From: Candidatus Aminicenantales bacterium
GTDB taxonomy: Bacteria > Acidobacteriota > Aminicenantia > Aminicenantales > Saccharicenantaceae
Assembly (NCBI GenBank): GCA_049512315.1
Contig: JBEKXF010000012.1
Span: 1-64,000, forward strand
DNA length: 64,000 nucleotides
Direction of reading: 5' to 3'
Every line of letters begins with the position of its first letter. Within the stretch, counting starts at the first letter, position 1. Below the pieces are notes generated by a model. The model worked only from the letters and a program-made list of their open reading frames with translations, did no database searches and was not told the origin of the DNA. This document shows, piece after piece, positions 27,674 to 37,607 of the stretch. The position numbers and the translations under genes are program-made.

Positions 27674-30424
27674 TTATTTTTTCGTCTTGGCCTCGCCGAG
27701 GACGACCCGGAAGCCCGTATACTCCGTCGACGCCTGGCCGACGCGCACCTTGACATCCGCCGGCCGGTCGGCGCTTCCGCCCGCCGCTTGACCGCTTCCG
27801 TCCTTGGCGATCACCCACTCGGCGACGTTCCCGCCGAGGTCGAAAACGAGGGCCTCGCCGTCCTTGCCCGCCCCGCTGAAGCTCCCGGCTTGCTTCAAGA
27901 GCGGGGCACCGGCGCCGAGCTCCTTGACTTTCGCCTCGAGACGCCGGGCGTCGTCCGGGTTCAGCGCGTAGCCGGCCCAGTAATCGAGCGTGTTCTCCCC
28001 GCTCAGTCCTTCGTAGAGAGATGAGACTTCGTCCTCGTTCGGCAGCCGCCAGGCTTGGCCGGTCGTTTTCGAGAGCCACGCGGCATAGGCCTTCGCTTTT
28101 TCGAAGGGGATTTCATTGGCCGGATAATTCTCGGTCCCGGGAGCCACGGGATACGAAGGGTCGAAAGCCACGTATTGCGCCCGCGTCACTTCGAAGCGGC
28201 CGATCTCGAGCTCGCCCCGTTTCACGACCTCGGGGATGACGATGTTCGCCGCCTTTCCAGCAACGCCGTACTTCGCCCCGGCCCTGGCGATGTCCTTCCT
28301 CCGCAGCGCCTGGCCAAGAGGCGAATCCTTCTTGAAGGCCTCGTTCTCCGCGGCGAGCGTTTTGAAAAAGTAACGGTCGAACCAGGTCATCTCCTCCTCG
28401 ACCTTCCGGAGCTGGTGGGCGTATTCCTGCAGGCTGTGCGGCTCCCCCGGGAAGAGGCAGAATTTCACGGGAACTTTGCCCAGGTGATAGAGGGTCCGGT
28501 AGTGGGTCCAACCCTGGCTCGTCGGGACGTTCCGGTCCTCCGTCCCGAAGAAGATGATGGTCGGCGCCTTGACCCTGTCGAGCTTGAAGAGCGGCGAGAT
28601 CCGGACGTAGAGCTCCGGGTCTTCGAGCGGCGACTTGCCGAGGTAGTACGAGTCGAAGGACTCGCCGAAGTCCACATTGGCCCAGTCGCTGATGAACTCG
28701 ACATCGCCCGCGCCCGCCGCGACGACCTTGTAGCGGTCGGGGTTGGCGACGCTCACTCCGATCGACAGGATGGACCCGTTCGACCAGCCGAAGGTCCCGA
28801 CCCGGTCCGGGTCGACCAGGCCCTTTTCGACAAGGAGATCCACTCCCTTCTCGATGTCCTCGACCGGATAGTCGTAGTAATGGCCGCAGCAGATGGATTC
28901 GACGAATTTGAGGCCGTAGTTGGAGCTGCCGTGGTAGTTCGGCTTGAGAATGAACGCCCCCCTCTGGCAGATGAGCTGATGGGCGTAGGCCCAGCTTTCG
29001 TCCCACAGGTCCATATCCGCCCCGGCCGGCCCGCCGTGCGGAGCGGTGAGGAGAGGGTATTTCTTCCCGGGCTGGTAATCTTTCGGGTAATATAGGAGTC
29101 CCTCGATCTCTTCGCCCAGGGCTCCCTTCCAGCGGACGACCTCGGTTTTTGCGATGATCTTGTTCTTGAAGCCGGGATTCAGGTCCGTGATCTTAACGGC
29201 GTTGGTCAGCTTGTTTCCGTCGAGCGTCGCCCGGTACCACTGGGCCGGCAGGCTCGCCGTCGAATATTCATAAACGACGGTCCTGGCATCGTCGCTCACC
29301 GAAAACCCGGACAGGTTCTTCATGTGCTCGCCCTCGATGTCCGCCTTCGTCCAGGCGAGCCCGCTTTTCGCGTACCGGGCCGGCTGGAGCCGGGCCCCGG
29401 CCGCGAGCAGGGCGACAAAGCCGTCGGGTGTCGCCTTCAATCCGCCTCCGAGGCCGTTGTCCCAGGCCAGGTCGACCCTGAGGCTCCGGCCCGAGGCCAA
29501 GTCATAGAAATAGACGAGCGTGATCGAAGCGGTGAAGAACCGCGGGTCCGTGGAGTACGGGGCCGCGATATAGAAGCCGCTTCCGTCGCGGGCGCGCTCG
29601 AGGCCCATGGGAGCGATCCGCTGCCCCGCGAAAAGCTCCTTCTGCCCGCCCTTGACGAGGTCATAGACATAAGTCTTCGGTAGGATCTTGTGGTCCCACT
29701 CGAAGCTCAGGTATTGCCCGTGGACGGTGAGCGCGTGCCGACCGTCCGGCGTCACGGCCCATGACTGGATGAAGTCCGTGTTGTCCGTGAGACGGCTGAC
29801 CTTCCTGTCCTTCACGGCCAGCTTGAAGAGCCGGACGGGGGGCTCATGGTTGACGTCATCGACGACCCGCGTCGTATCCTTGATCTTCCTGAGCTCCTGC
29901 TCGTAGAGGGCCGGGTCCTCCTGGGCGCTGAAGATGACGGTGTCGTTATCGACCCATTCATAGCCCTGGATGCCGCGGGCGAGCTCGGTCACGGGATACG
30001 GCTCGCCGCCGAAAAGGCTCATGAGCCAAAGCTGGGATTTCGCGAGGTCGGGGTTCGGCTTCGGCAAAGGCCGGGTGCTCTGGAAGGAGATCCATTCCCC
30101 GTTCGGCGACCACTTCGGCAGGCCGTTGTTTTCCGTGCCGCGCGTCAGCTGGATCTCCTTTTTGGTCTCGAGGTTCGTCAGGAAAAGGTTCGAGACGCGG
30201 CCGTTTTTATCCTTGTCCATCTGAGTCTTCACCCAGACGGCCCATTTTCCGTCGGGCGAGATCTCCCATTGTCCGGAGGATTCGGCCGTGAGGATGTCTT
30301 CGGGGGTCCAGGGCGTCATCTTCGTTCCGCCGGGTTTCGGCGCGTCCTCGGCCGACGCGATCGGCCCGAAGAAAAAGACGGCCGAGAGGATGACGGCCGA
30401 CATCACCAGCCATTTTGTTTTCAT
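27674..30424 (-). CDS. S9 prolyl oligopeptidase family protein (beta-propeller + catalytic domain) fused to a C-terminal FGE/SUMF1-like domain
   Basis: PD40-like repeats (WSPNG), HGGP, GWSNGS nucleophile, GTEDRNV, EPH; C-terminal 'EVT..QY..F...P...I.F..A.AYAAWLS..TG..WRLP.E.E...DLGGNVAEW...GFRVV'. Confidence 0.88.
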   Translation of the reverse strand: MKTKWLVMSAVILSAVFFFGPIASAEDAPKPGGTKMTPWTPEDILTAESSGQWEISPDGKWAVWVKTQMDKDKNGRVSNLFLTNLETKKEIQLTRGTENNGLPKWSPNGEWISFQSTRPLPKPNPDLAKSQLWLMSLFGGEPYPVTELARGIQGYEWVDNDTVIFSAQEDPALYEQELRKIKDTTRVVDDVNHEPPVRLFKLAVKDRKVSRLTDNTDFIQSWAVTPDGRHALTVHGQYLSFEWDHKILPKTYVYDLVKGGQKELFAGQRIAPMGLERARDGSGFYIAAPYSTDPRFFTASITLVYFYDLASGRSLRVDLAWDNGLGGGLKATPDGFVALLAAGARLQPARYAKSGLAWTKADIEGEHMKNLSGFSVSDDARTVVYEYSTASLPAQWYRATLDGNKLTNAVKITDLNPGFKNKIIAKTEVVRWKGALGEEIEGLLYYPKDYQPGKKYPLLTAPHGGPAGADMDLWDESWAYAHQLICQRGAFILKPNYHGSSNYGLKFVESICCGHYYDYPVEDIEKGVDLLVEKGLVDPDRVGTFGWSNGSILSIGVSVANPDRYKVVAAGAGDVEFISDWANVDFGESFDSYYLGKSPLEDPELYVRISPLFKLDRVKAPTIIFFGTEDRNVPTSQGWTHYRTLYHLGKVPVKFCLFPGEPHSLQEYAHQLRKVEEEMTWFDRYFFKTLAAENEAFKKDSPLGQALRRKDIARAGAKYGVAGKAANIVIPEVVKRGELEIGRFEVTRAQYVAFDPSYPVAPGTENYPANEIPFEKAKAYAAWLSKTTGQAWRLPNEDEVSSLYEGLSGENTLDYWAGYALNPDDARRLEAKVKELGAGAPLLKQAGSFSGAGKDGEALVFDLGGNVAEWVIAKDGSGQAAGGSADRPADVKVRVGQASTEYTGFRVVLGEAKTKK

Positions 30425-30526
30425 GAGACACCTCGAAGGAAGGAAAATCGGGGATCGCGGGGGAACGTTCGCTCGCCCATGGATATGGGATTCTTCACCT
30501 ATTCGAGGCCCGATGTCAAGCCGGGG

Positions 30527-31531
30527 TCAATGGCTGGAAAAGGTGACGGAGAAGGCGGGCGAGCCGTGGGCGACGCCGGCAGTGGTCGTCACGTGGTAGC
30601 GGCTGCGGTGATTGCGCACGACCAGGCGGCCGATGACATAGCCGAGGACGCCGCCCACCAGCGAGTCCGAGAGCCAGTGCTTGTTCTCGGTCGTCCGCGA
30701 CAGCGCTACACCCGTGGCCGTCGTATATGCCAGGATGGGCACCCAGACGCTCTCCCGATATTGCATGGCTACGACCGTGGCCAGGCTGAAAGCCGTGATC
30801 GAGTGTCCCCCGGGGAAGGAATCGTATCTCCCCGTCTGCCCCGATTCGAACCTCTCGAAAAATCCGACCGGCCCGGACCAGTGGTCGACCCCATCGGCCC
30901 AGAACGGTCGCTGCCGCCCGAAGATCCCCTTGAGGAACGTGACCAGGATATTACTCTGCACCATCGCGCTGGCGGCCAGGACGGCGGTCTCGGTCGATTT
31001 CTTATCGCCGCCGATCAAGCCGACGCCCAGGAACACCGCCGCCGTCCCCCAGGCCCCGTAGGACCCCATCTGGGTAATGACCGGGCTGACTCCGCGGACC
31101 CAGGCATGTGCCTCCCGATAATTCATAAACCCCCGGTGGATCGCCTCGTCGTTCGCGATCAGGAGTCCGGTGAGGGTTGCCAAGCCCGCGATGGGCAGGA
31201 TATCACGGCTCCGGATGTGGACCGGGTAGCTCCAGATTTGCCCGGCGTCTTTCAGGAAATCGCGGGAAATGGATCTGAACGAGAATTCCCCGCCCCGAGG
31301 CGGGGCGGCCGGAAGAGAAGGACCGGTCGCCTGGGGAGTCGAAAGAGAGAGAGTCGGTGGGACGGCCGGGGTGGGAGCCGGTTGAGCAGCGGAGGCCCCG
31401 CAAATCGATAGCGAGAAAAGTTGCGAGAGCCTGTTCTCCGGCACCTCGGAAGCTTGATCCCTCGCGACGAGCTGGAACGGGAGGGCGGCCAGCAGCAGGA
31501 AGACCGCGGCCCAGATCATGTTTTTCTTCAT
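30527..31531 (-). CDS. PAP2 family phosphatase
   Basis: K....R.RP, SFPGGH, SR....KHWLSD...G motifs; signal peptide. Confidence 0.87.
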   Translation of the reverse strand: MKKNMIWAAVFLLLAALPFQLVARDQASEVPENRLSQLFSLSICGASAAQPAPTPAVPPTLSLSTPQATGPSLPAAPPRGGEFSFRSISRDFLKDAGQIWSYPVHIRSRDILPIAGLATLTGLLIANDEAIHRGFMNYREAHAWVRGVSPVITQMGSYGAWGTAAVFLGVGLIGGDKKSTETAVLAASAMVQSNILVTFLKGIFGRQRPFWADGVDHWSGPVGFFERFESGQTGRYDSFPGGHSITAFSLATVVAMQYRESVWVPILAYTTATGVALSRTTENKHWLSDSLVGGVLGYVIGRLVVRNHRSRYHVTTTAGVAHGSPAFSVTFSSH

Positions 31532-31667
31532 CTCTATCTCGTCCTTCTAAGAAGATTCGCGGCACACGATACCGAATCCCATTGTTTCTTATCTTAACAA
31601 AAAACCCGGAGCTTGTGAATCCGGAGGAATGGGATACAATATGGGTGTCCCCGAGGGAGAGGTTGGC

Positions 31668-32237
31668 ATGAAAAAAAGAGGCATTTGCCCGGTCATCATC
31701 CTGCTCGTTCTCACGGCTGGGGCCTTCGCGGCCGCCCGCGCCGGCGCTTCCGCCCCGCGTCCCGGCCGGGGACAGGAGCAGGCTGAGAGGCCGAAGCTTT
31801 ACGCCCGCAGAGTCATGTTCGAGCAGAACGTGAAAAACTCCGGGGACGCCCTGGGAGAGCCCGACGGGCGCTTCGCCGAGATCGCTCCCGGCGGCCAGCT
31901 GGTCCTCCTCCTGGAGGACAGGATCTATCCGTCCGGGAGCTTCGACGCCGGGGTCGTCGTCACGAGGGAAGAGTCGCAATACGGCCTGGAGGGCTGGTTC
32001 CTGGTGGGCGGCACGCCGGAGGACCCGCAGTTCGCCTGGATGCCCCTAGTCAGGGGCCAGTCGCCCAGGAGCTTCCGCGTGGCGGTCCGGGAAGCGATTG
32101 AGGGGAGCGCCGGCCTGAACATGATCCGGATCTCCAACGCCGGCACGAAGCCGATCCTGCTCGACGCCGTCGTCGGCTACGGCCGGAAGGAGACGGGTGG
32201 GCGGAAGCCTGCCCTTGTCGGCCGCCTCCCGCTGTGA
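31668..32237 (+). CDS. Secreted hypothetical protein
   Basis: Signal peptide after a GGAGAGG RBS; 'ALGEPDG...GGQLVL...LDAV' suggests a beta-sandwich; GC3-biased codons. Confidence 0.65.
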   Translation: MKKRGICPVIILLVLTAGAFAAARAGASAPRPGRGQEQAERPKLYARRVMFEQNVKNSGDALGEPDGRFAEIAPGGQLVLLLEDRIYPSGSFDAGVVVTREESQYGLEGWFLVGGTPEDPQFAWMPLVRGQSPRSFRVAVREAIEGSAGLNMIRISNAGTKPILLDAVVGYGRKETGGRKPALVGRLPL

Positions 32238-32359
32238 TAAGATAGAAGACTAAAAACCGGGCAGGACAGAGTCAAAACCGACCGTTTCCCCACCCGCGAG
32301 AAGTCATTTCGGCCGACCCTCGTCCCCTTGTGTTTTAAAGGATTGGATAAAGGATAAAA

Positions 32360-33634
32360 ATGTATTTCACGGAACTCAACCTCGACCCGCGGCTCCAGCA
32401 GAGCATCGCCGAGCGGGGCTACGTCGAATTGACGGCGGTCCAGGAGCAGACCCTGGCCAGGACGCTTGAGGGCCAGGACGTCGCCGTCCAGTCCCAGACC
32501 GGGACGGGCAAGACCGCGGCCTTCCTCATCACCCTCTACGAGAAGATGCTCGAAGCCGGGCCGGGCGCCCGGCAAACAGCGCTGATCATCAGCCCGACCC
32601 GCGAGCTCGCCGTCCAGATCGAAGGCGAGGCCAACCTCCTCAACCGTCACCTCGGTTTCTCCGTCGGCTGCTTTTACGGCGGCGTGGGCTACGCCATCCA
32701 GCTCGGGGCCCTAAAGGACGGCGTGGACATCATGATCGGGACGCCGGGCCGGCTCCTCGACTTGAGCGACAGCGGCCGCCTGAGCCTGAAGGAGGTCGGG
32801 TATCTCGTCATCGACGAGGCCGACCGGCTGTTCGACATGGGCTTCCTCCCGGACCTCAAGAAAATCATCAAGAAAATGCCCGAGCGCAGCCGCCGCCAGA
32901 GTATGCTTTTCAGCGCGACGCTCAACCGCATCTCCCGGCTCATGGCCGCCGAATACCTCAACCGCCCGGTGTCGATCGAGGTCACGCCCGAACAGCTGAC
33001 CGTGGACACGATCACCCAGGAGCTCTACCACGTCAAGAGCCACATCAAGCTGAACCTCCTCCTGGGCCTCCTCCAGAGGAACGCCCCGCGCAACGTCCTC
33101 ATCTTCGCCAACATGCGGCACCACGCCTTCCGTCTGGCCAAGGAGCTCGAGGCCAATGGATACCGGGCGTTCCACCTGACCGGGGACCTGCCGCAGAAGG
33201 ACAGGCTCAGGGTCATCCAGAATTTCATGGCCGGCAAGTTCCCGATCCTCGTCGCCACGGACGTCGCCGCCCGCGGCCTTCACATCGACGACCTGGAGAT
33301 GGTCATCAATTACGACATCCCCCAGGACTTCGAGAACTACGTCCACAGGATCGGGCGGACGGCCCGGGCCGGGAAGGGCGGCAAGGCCATCACCCTGGCC
33401 AGCGAGGGCACCTCCGAGCACCTCGAGGCCATCGAGCGCTTTATCGGGATGAAGATCCCCGTCAAGCCCGTCACCGACGACCTGTTCGCCCGCGACCTGA
33501 GCCTCGAGAAAATGCCCAAGCAGGGCTGGGGAAAAGGGCCGCGGCCGGCCGGCGGGCGTCCGCACCGAAGGACGAGCTCGGGGCCGGGACGGAGCTACGG
33601 AAGGGGCGGGAGCGGCCCTGGCTCCCGGCACTGA
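32360..33634 (+). CDS. DEAD-box RNA helicase (RhlB/RhlE-like)
   Basis: Q motif, QTGTGKT, PTRELA, TPGRL, DEAD, SAT, TDVAARG, YVHRIGRTAR; RG-rich tail. Confidence 0.95.
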   Translation: MYFTELNLDPRLQQSIAERGYVELTAVQEQTLARTLEGQDVAVQSQTGTGKTAAFLITLYEKMLEAGPGARQTALIISPTRELAVQIEGEANLLNRHLGFSVGCFYGGVGYAIQLGALKDGVDIMIGTPGRLLDLSDSGRLSLKEVGYLVIDEADRLFDMGFLPDLKKIIKKMPERSRRQSMLFSATLNRISRLMAAEYLNRPVSIEVTPEQLTVDTITQELYHVKSHIKLNLLLGLLQRNAPRNVLIFANMRHHAFRLAKELEANGYRAFHLTGDLPQKDRLRVIQNFMAGKFPILVATDVAARGLHIDDLEMVINYDIPQDFENYVHRIGRTARAGKGGKAITLASEGTSEHLEAIERFIGMKIPVKPVTDDLFARDLSLEKMPKQGWGKGPRPAGGRPHRRTSSGPGRSYGRGGSGPGSRH

Positions 33635-33691
33635 ACCGCGGACGGGGAGAAAGACCCGCGTCGCGATCCGATCGGGGTCGCCCTTCTCATC

Positions 33692-34585
33692 TCAATTCGA
33701 GCGGCTGACGGTCCCCGTCCGCCGCTCGATCGAGGTCTCGAACAGGTCGGCCAGGCGGCTGTAGCCGGCCTCGAGCCGCTCGCGGAATGGCCGGAGCGAG
33801 ACGTCGATCGCCTCCGGCACGCCGTCCTGCCAGGGAAGGCGGGTGCGGTCGGCGTCCATCGCCTTGACCTCGGCGGCGAGCGCCTCGCCCCACTTGTCCT
33901 GAGCTCCGCCCGCATGTCCTTCCTGAAGCTTCACGAGCTGACAGTGGAGCATGGGAAGGACGAGGCGATGGATCCGCATGAGGTTCATGTCCTTGCTCAC
34001 GGCCAGGGCGTCCTGGTCGTCGGGGTCGGCCGGATCCCTCCCAGGTCGGCCAAACCGCAAGCCAGCGCCGTCCGTCGGCGGCTTCTTGAGCCAGGCATGG
34101 TAGGCGACGACATAAAGATAATAATATTCGCCCGCACCCATCTCCTTATCGAGAAGGGCCTGGGCGCGGATTTTCAGGAAATCCGAGATCTGCGGGACCA
34201 TCCCCAGTCCGGTCCTGACGGCTTGAAAGATATTCCTCGGTCCCCGGCCTTGGCCGGACCCGCTGTCCCGGTCCTTCATCAGGATATCGAGCGACTCCTC
34301 GAGCTTCGCCCGGGCCGGGGCCGCGGCGTCGCGGACAGAGAGGAAGGCCTCGAGGCGGGCCGCCGGGATGGCCCCACCGGGGTCCGGGCAGTAGTCCTCG
34401 ACGCGGCCGTACTTGGCCGTGAGGGACCTCATCAGCCCGTCCGAGTCCCTGAATCCCTGGGTCGTATTCCGGATGAGGAAATAGCCGGCGATGACCAGGA
34501 CGATGACGATGACCACCGCCCCGCCGCAGCCGATGCCGAGTCCGAGAAGCCACTTGTTGGGCGATCTCTTCGGCGTCATTTCCAT
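33692..34585 (-). CDS. Single-pass membrane hypothetical protein
   Basis: AAGGAG RBS before ATG 34585; 'KWLLGLGIGCGG..VIVIVLVIAGYF' anchor followed by a helical soluble domain. Confidence 0.7.
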   Translation of the reverse strand: MEMTPKRSPNKWLLGLGIGCGGAVVIVIVLVIAGYFLIRNTTQGFRDSDGLMRSLTAKYGRVEDYCPDPGGAIPAARLEAFLSVRDAAAPARAKLEESLDILMKDRDSGSGQGRGPRNIFQAVRTGLGMVPQISDFLKIRAQALLDKEMGAGEYYYLYVVAYHAWLKKPPTDGAGLRFGRPGRDPADPDDQDALAVSKDMNLMRIHRLVLPMLHCQLVKLQEGHAGGAQDKWGEALAAEVKAMDADRTRLPWQDGVPEAIDVSLRPFRERLEAGYSRLADLFETSIERRTGTVSRSN

Positions 34586-34596
34586 GGGCTCTCTCC

Positions 34597-35982
34597 TTAA
34601 TGCGGCAATCCGAAGACAAAATAGACCAGGCAGAGGAGGGCCAGGACGACGGATCCGGCCTTGACCTCCTTGAACCGCCCGGTGACGGCCTTGAACAGCG
34701 GCCACAGGACGAGCCCGGCCGTCAGGCCGTTGGCGACGTTGTAAGTGAAGACCATGACGACGATCGTAGCAAAGGCCGGGACGAGCTCCGTCATGTCCTC
34801 GAAATCAACCCTCCGGATGGACCCGAGCATCAGCACCCCGACGGCGACGAGGGCGGGCCCGTAGGCGTAATGCAGGTGCTGCAACGGCGCGACGAGGGGG
34901 ATGAAGAAAAGGGAAACTGCGAAGAGCGCGGCCGTCGTGACCGCCGCCAGACCGGTTCGTGCTCCTTCCCGGATACCGGTAGCCGATTCGATGTAGGCGC
35001 CGCTCGTCGAGGTGCCGACAAGGGCGCTGAAGACGCAGGTCGCAGCGTCCACCATCATGGGCCGCTCGATCTGTGGGAAATTTCCCTTCTCGTCGAGCAT
35101 CCCGGCCGCAGCGCCCAACCCGACGAGGGTCCCCAGAGTGTCCAGGAAACCCATCAGGAAGAGGGTCAGCAGGATGGGTAGGAAGCTCAGGCGGAGGACG
35201 CCGGCGATATCGAGCTTGAGGGCGATGGGGGCCAGACTGAATTCACCCCTGAAGGGCAGCGCGACGACGGCGCGGGGGGCCTCCCCCAAGCCGAGCGCAT
35301 AGCCGAGGGCCGCCGTGACGGCGATGCCCAGCAGGATCCCGCCCCGGACCCGGAGATGGAGAAGGATGGAGATGAGGACGAAGCCGAAGACGGCGAGAAG
35401 GACCTGGGGGCTGTGGAGGTTGCCGATCTTCACGGGCACGTCGGGCGCCGAGAGAACGGGCGAGCCGTCCCGCAAGAGCGCCTGCGGGGCCATCCCGGCG
35501 GCCCCGCTCGTGACGATCCCGGTCTCATAGAGGCCGATGAAGGCCAGGAAGAGACCGATGCCGACGGCGAAGCTATACTTCAGGCTCGGGGAGATGGAGT
35601 TAGCGAGCCACGACCGGACGCCGAGGAGGGTGATGAGGGCGAAGGCCAGCCCGCTGACGAACACGGCCCCGAGCCTGAGCTGCCAGCCGATGCCCATGGC
35701 GGCCAGGCCGAAGGCGATGAAGGCGTTCTCGCCCATGTACGGCGCGACGGCGATCGGCCGGTTGGCGTAGAGCCCCATCAGGAGCGAGCCGAAGGCCGCG
35801 GCCAGGATGGTCGCCACCGTGCTCGGCCCCTGCGGGATGCCGGCGAAGCTCAGGATGGCGGGGTTGACGACGATGATGTAGGCCATGGTGATGAAGGTCG
35901 TCGCCCCGCCCAGGACCTCGGTCCGGACGTTCGTTCCCTTTTCCTTAAGCTTGAAGATCCGTTCGGCCAACGGATCCTTCAT
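34597..35982 (-). CDS. NCS2/AzgA family purine permease
   Basis: TEVLGG.TTFITMAYII.VNP.IL, APYMGENAF, GIGLFLAFIG, DTLGTL, YIESATGI.EGARTG. Start at ATG 35982 (GGGAGG RBS). Confidence 0.92.
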   Translation of the reverse strand: MKDPLAERIFKLKEKGTNVRTEVLGGATTFITMAYIIVVNPAILSFAGIPQGPSTVATILAAAFGSLLMGLYANRPIAVAPYMGENAFIAFGLAAMGIGWQLRLGAVFVSGLAFALITLLGVRSWLANSISPSLKYSFAVGIGLFLAFIGLYETGIVTSGAAGMAPQALLRDGSPVLSAPDVPVKIGNLHSPQVLLAVFGFVLISILLHLRVRGGILLGIAVTAALGYALGLGEAPRAVVALPFRGEFSLAPIALKLDIAGVLRLSFLPILLTLFLMGFLDTLGTLVGLGAAAGMLDEKGNFPQIERPMMVDAATCVFSALVGTSTSGAYIESATGIREGARTGLAAVTTAALFAVSLFFIPLVAPLQHLHYAYGPALVAVGVLMLGSIRRVDFEDMTELVPAFATIVVMVFTYNVANGLTAGLVLWPLFKAVTGRFKEVKAGSVVLALLCLVYFVFGLPH

Positions 35983-36024
35983 CGAGAGCCTCCCGGCGCC
36001 GGCGCCTGATGCGACGTTTTTTTT

Positions 36025-36054
36025 ACTGTATCCGAAGGAGAGAGGACGTGTCAA
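36025..36054 (-). promoter_or_regulatory. Putative sigma70 promoter for the NCS2 permease
   Basis: Minus strand TTGACA-18 nt-TACAGT. Confidence 0.45.
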
Positions 36055-36195
36055 CGGCCTCAGCCATCGAACCGGCTCGCGCCCGGGGCGCCCTCCTGTG
36101 ACCCAGGCGGCGCATTTTTGGAGGCTTCCTCCGAGGAAGGATGTGTTTCTTTCCTGGCCAGCTCAGGCGACGGACGGATATGATATATTGGAAGC

Positions 36196-36873
36196 ATGAA
36201 GACGAACCTGAAATACGTTGCCGTGTCCTTTGCCCTGGTCCTGGCTTTGTCCCCGGCGGGCGCCCGGGAGAAGCAGGAGCGAAAGGACCATCAGGTCCAG
36301 AGCGTCGAGATCAAGGAGTACCGGGGCGAAAAGCTCGACCCGATCGAGAAATTCGAAGAGAACTCAATCAAGGGGCCCCAGCACGTCGATATTCGGAAAT
36401 ATTCTCTGAAGATCGGCGGGCTTGTGGACAAACCCGTCAGCTATTCCTATGAGCAGGTGTTGTCGCACAAGGCCGAATCCAAGGTCACCATCATCCATTG
36501 CGTCGAGGGCTGGGACGTGAAGATCCTCTGGGAAGGCGTCCCGATCGCCGAGCTCCTGGGAGAGGCGGGCCCGAAGCCGACCGCGAACACGGTCATCTTC
36601 AAGTCGGCCGACGGCTACTCGACCTCCCTGCCGCTCGACTATATCACCAAGAAAAATATCCTCCTCGCCTATAAAATGAATGGCCTGATCCTGCCCGAAG
36701 AGAGGGGGTTCCCATTCCAGGTCGTCGCGGAGGACAAGTGGGGCTACAAGTGGGCCAAATGGGTCACGGCCGTAGAACTCACGAATGACCCGTCCTACAA
36801 GGGTTATTGGGAGAGCCGGGGCTACAACAACGGCGGCGACCACAGCGGCCCGATTTTCGAAAAAAAGAAATAA
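36196..36873 (+). CDS. Sulfite oxidase family molybdopterin-binding domain protein (MsrP/YuiH-like)
   Basis: L.IGGLVDKP, HCVEGW (Mo-Cys), YSTSLPL, LAYKMNG..LP.E.GFP, GYKWAKWV, GYWE.RGY. Confidence 0.88.
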   Translation: MKTNLKYVAVSFALVLALSPAGAREKQERKDHQVQSVEIKEYRGEKLDPIEKFEENSIKGPQHVDIRKYSLKIGGLVDKPVSYSYEQVLSHKAESKVTIIHCVEGWDVKILWEGVPIAELLGEAGPKPTANTVIFKSADGYSTSLPLDYITKKNILLAYKMNGLILPEERGFPFQVVAEDKWGYKWAKWVTAVELTNDPSYKGYWESRGYNNGGDHSGPIFEKKK

Positions 36874-36892
36874 AGAAGGAGGGACGGCCCGG

Positions 36893-37564
36893 CTAAACGG
36901 CCATCATCTTGAATCTGCAGCGCTGCCCGCCCCTCAGGACCGAGTCGACCAGCTCGACCTCCACCGGCCGCCCGAGGATCCGCTCGTGCATCTCCTTGAC
37001 GTAGCCGACGGAGCAGAGGCAATACGTGGGTGAGATCTTTCCGGCCGACTGGGCCTCGGCCATCGGGCAGAGGCAGATCTTCTCCGGGGACGCCTGGCCG
37101 GTTTCCGCGGAGCTCACGAATTCGAAATTGATCACCTTCCCGTCCATTGAGTAGCCCTTATCTTTTCCGTTCCGGGCAACCCATTCGGTGAACTTCTGGA
37201 GCGCGTCCGGCCCGGACTGCCGCTTTTGAGGCCCGGCATAAGCGCTGTAGCAGGCCTTCCCATTGGCCATCATCAGCTTCTTGCGCGACGGCTCGTCGAT
37301 CGTCCGGTCCATGGCCTCGAAGAAGCGCCTGACCCAGCCGTCGCCGAATTCCATGCGCTTGGCCGCCCGTTCGACCGTCTTTTCGCCGGGTTTGGTCTGG
37401 GCGACGGCTTTCGCCGGAGAGGCCGCGGAAACGGGCTTGGACCCGGACGTCTGCCCTCCAAACGCGGTGTGCATGCCGGACGCCGCCGCGCACATGCACG
37501 TGCCGACGCCGATCTTGCCGAGGGCCGCGATGAACTCTTTGCGGTTGATGATCTTTTCTTTCAT
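36893..37564 (-). CDS. Cys-rich hypothetical protein (DUF6144/V4R-like) with a Tat-like leader
   Basis: NRKEFI leader; GKAC, CLCP, YCLCSVGY, VEVELVDSVLRGG.RC.F; start ATG 37564 after GGGAGG. Confidence 0.7.
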   Translation of the reverse strand: MKEKIINRKEFIAALGKIGVGTCMCAAASGMHTAFGGQTSGSKPVSAASPAKAVAQTKPGEKTVERAAKRMEFGDGWVRRFFEAMDRTIDEPSRKKLMMANGKACYSAYAGPQKRQSGPDALQKFTEWVARNGKDKGYSMDGKVINFEFVSSAETGQASPEKICLCPMAEAQSAGKISPTYCLCSVGYVKEMHERILGRPVEVELVDSVLRGGQRCRFKMMAV

Positions 37565-37590
37565 GTGGGCCTCCCTTGCCATTATTAAAT

Positions 37591-37607
37591 AGCACATTTT
37601 GTGCCAA
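37591..37607 (-). promoter_or_regulatory. Putative sigma54 (-24/-12) promoter
   Basis: Minus strand TTGGCACAAAATGTGCT: GG and GC exactly 10 nt apart, about 26 nt upstream of the ATG at 37564. Confidence 0.6.

Noticed and set aside
31640..31655. GTGTCCCCG upstream of the 31668 gene as a Family A unit
   Set aside because: Only the core word matches; there is no complementary arm or AATT ends.
35983..36195. Purine riboswitch upstream of the NCS2 permease
   Set aside because: The leader below the putative promoter is only about 40 nt and lacks the purine aptamer consensus.
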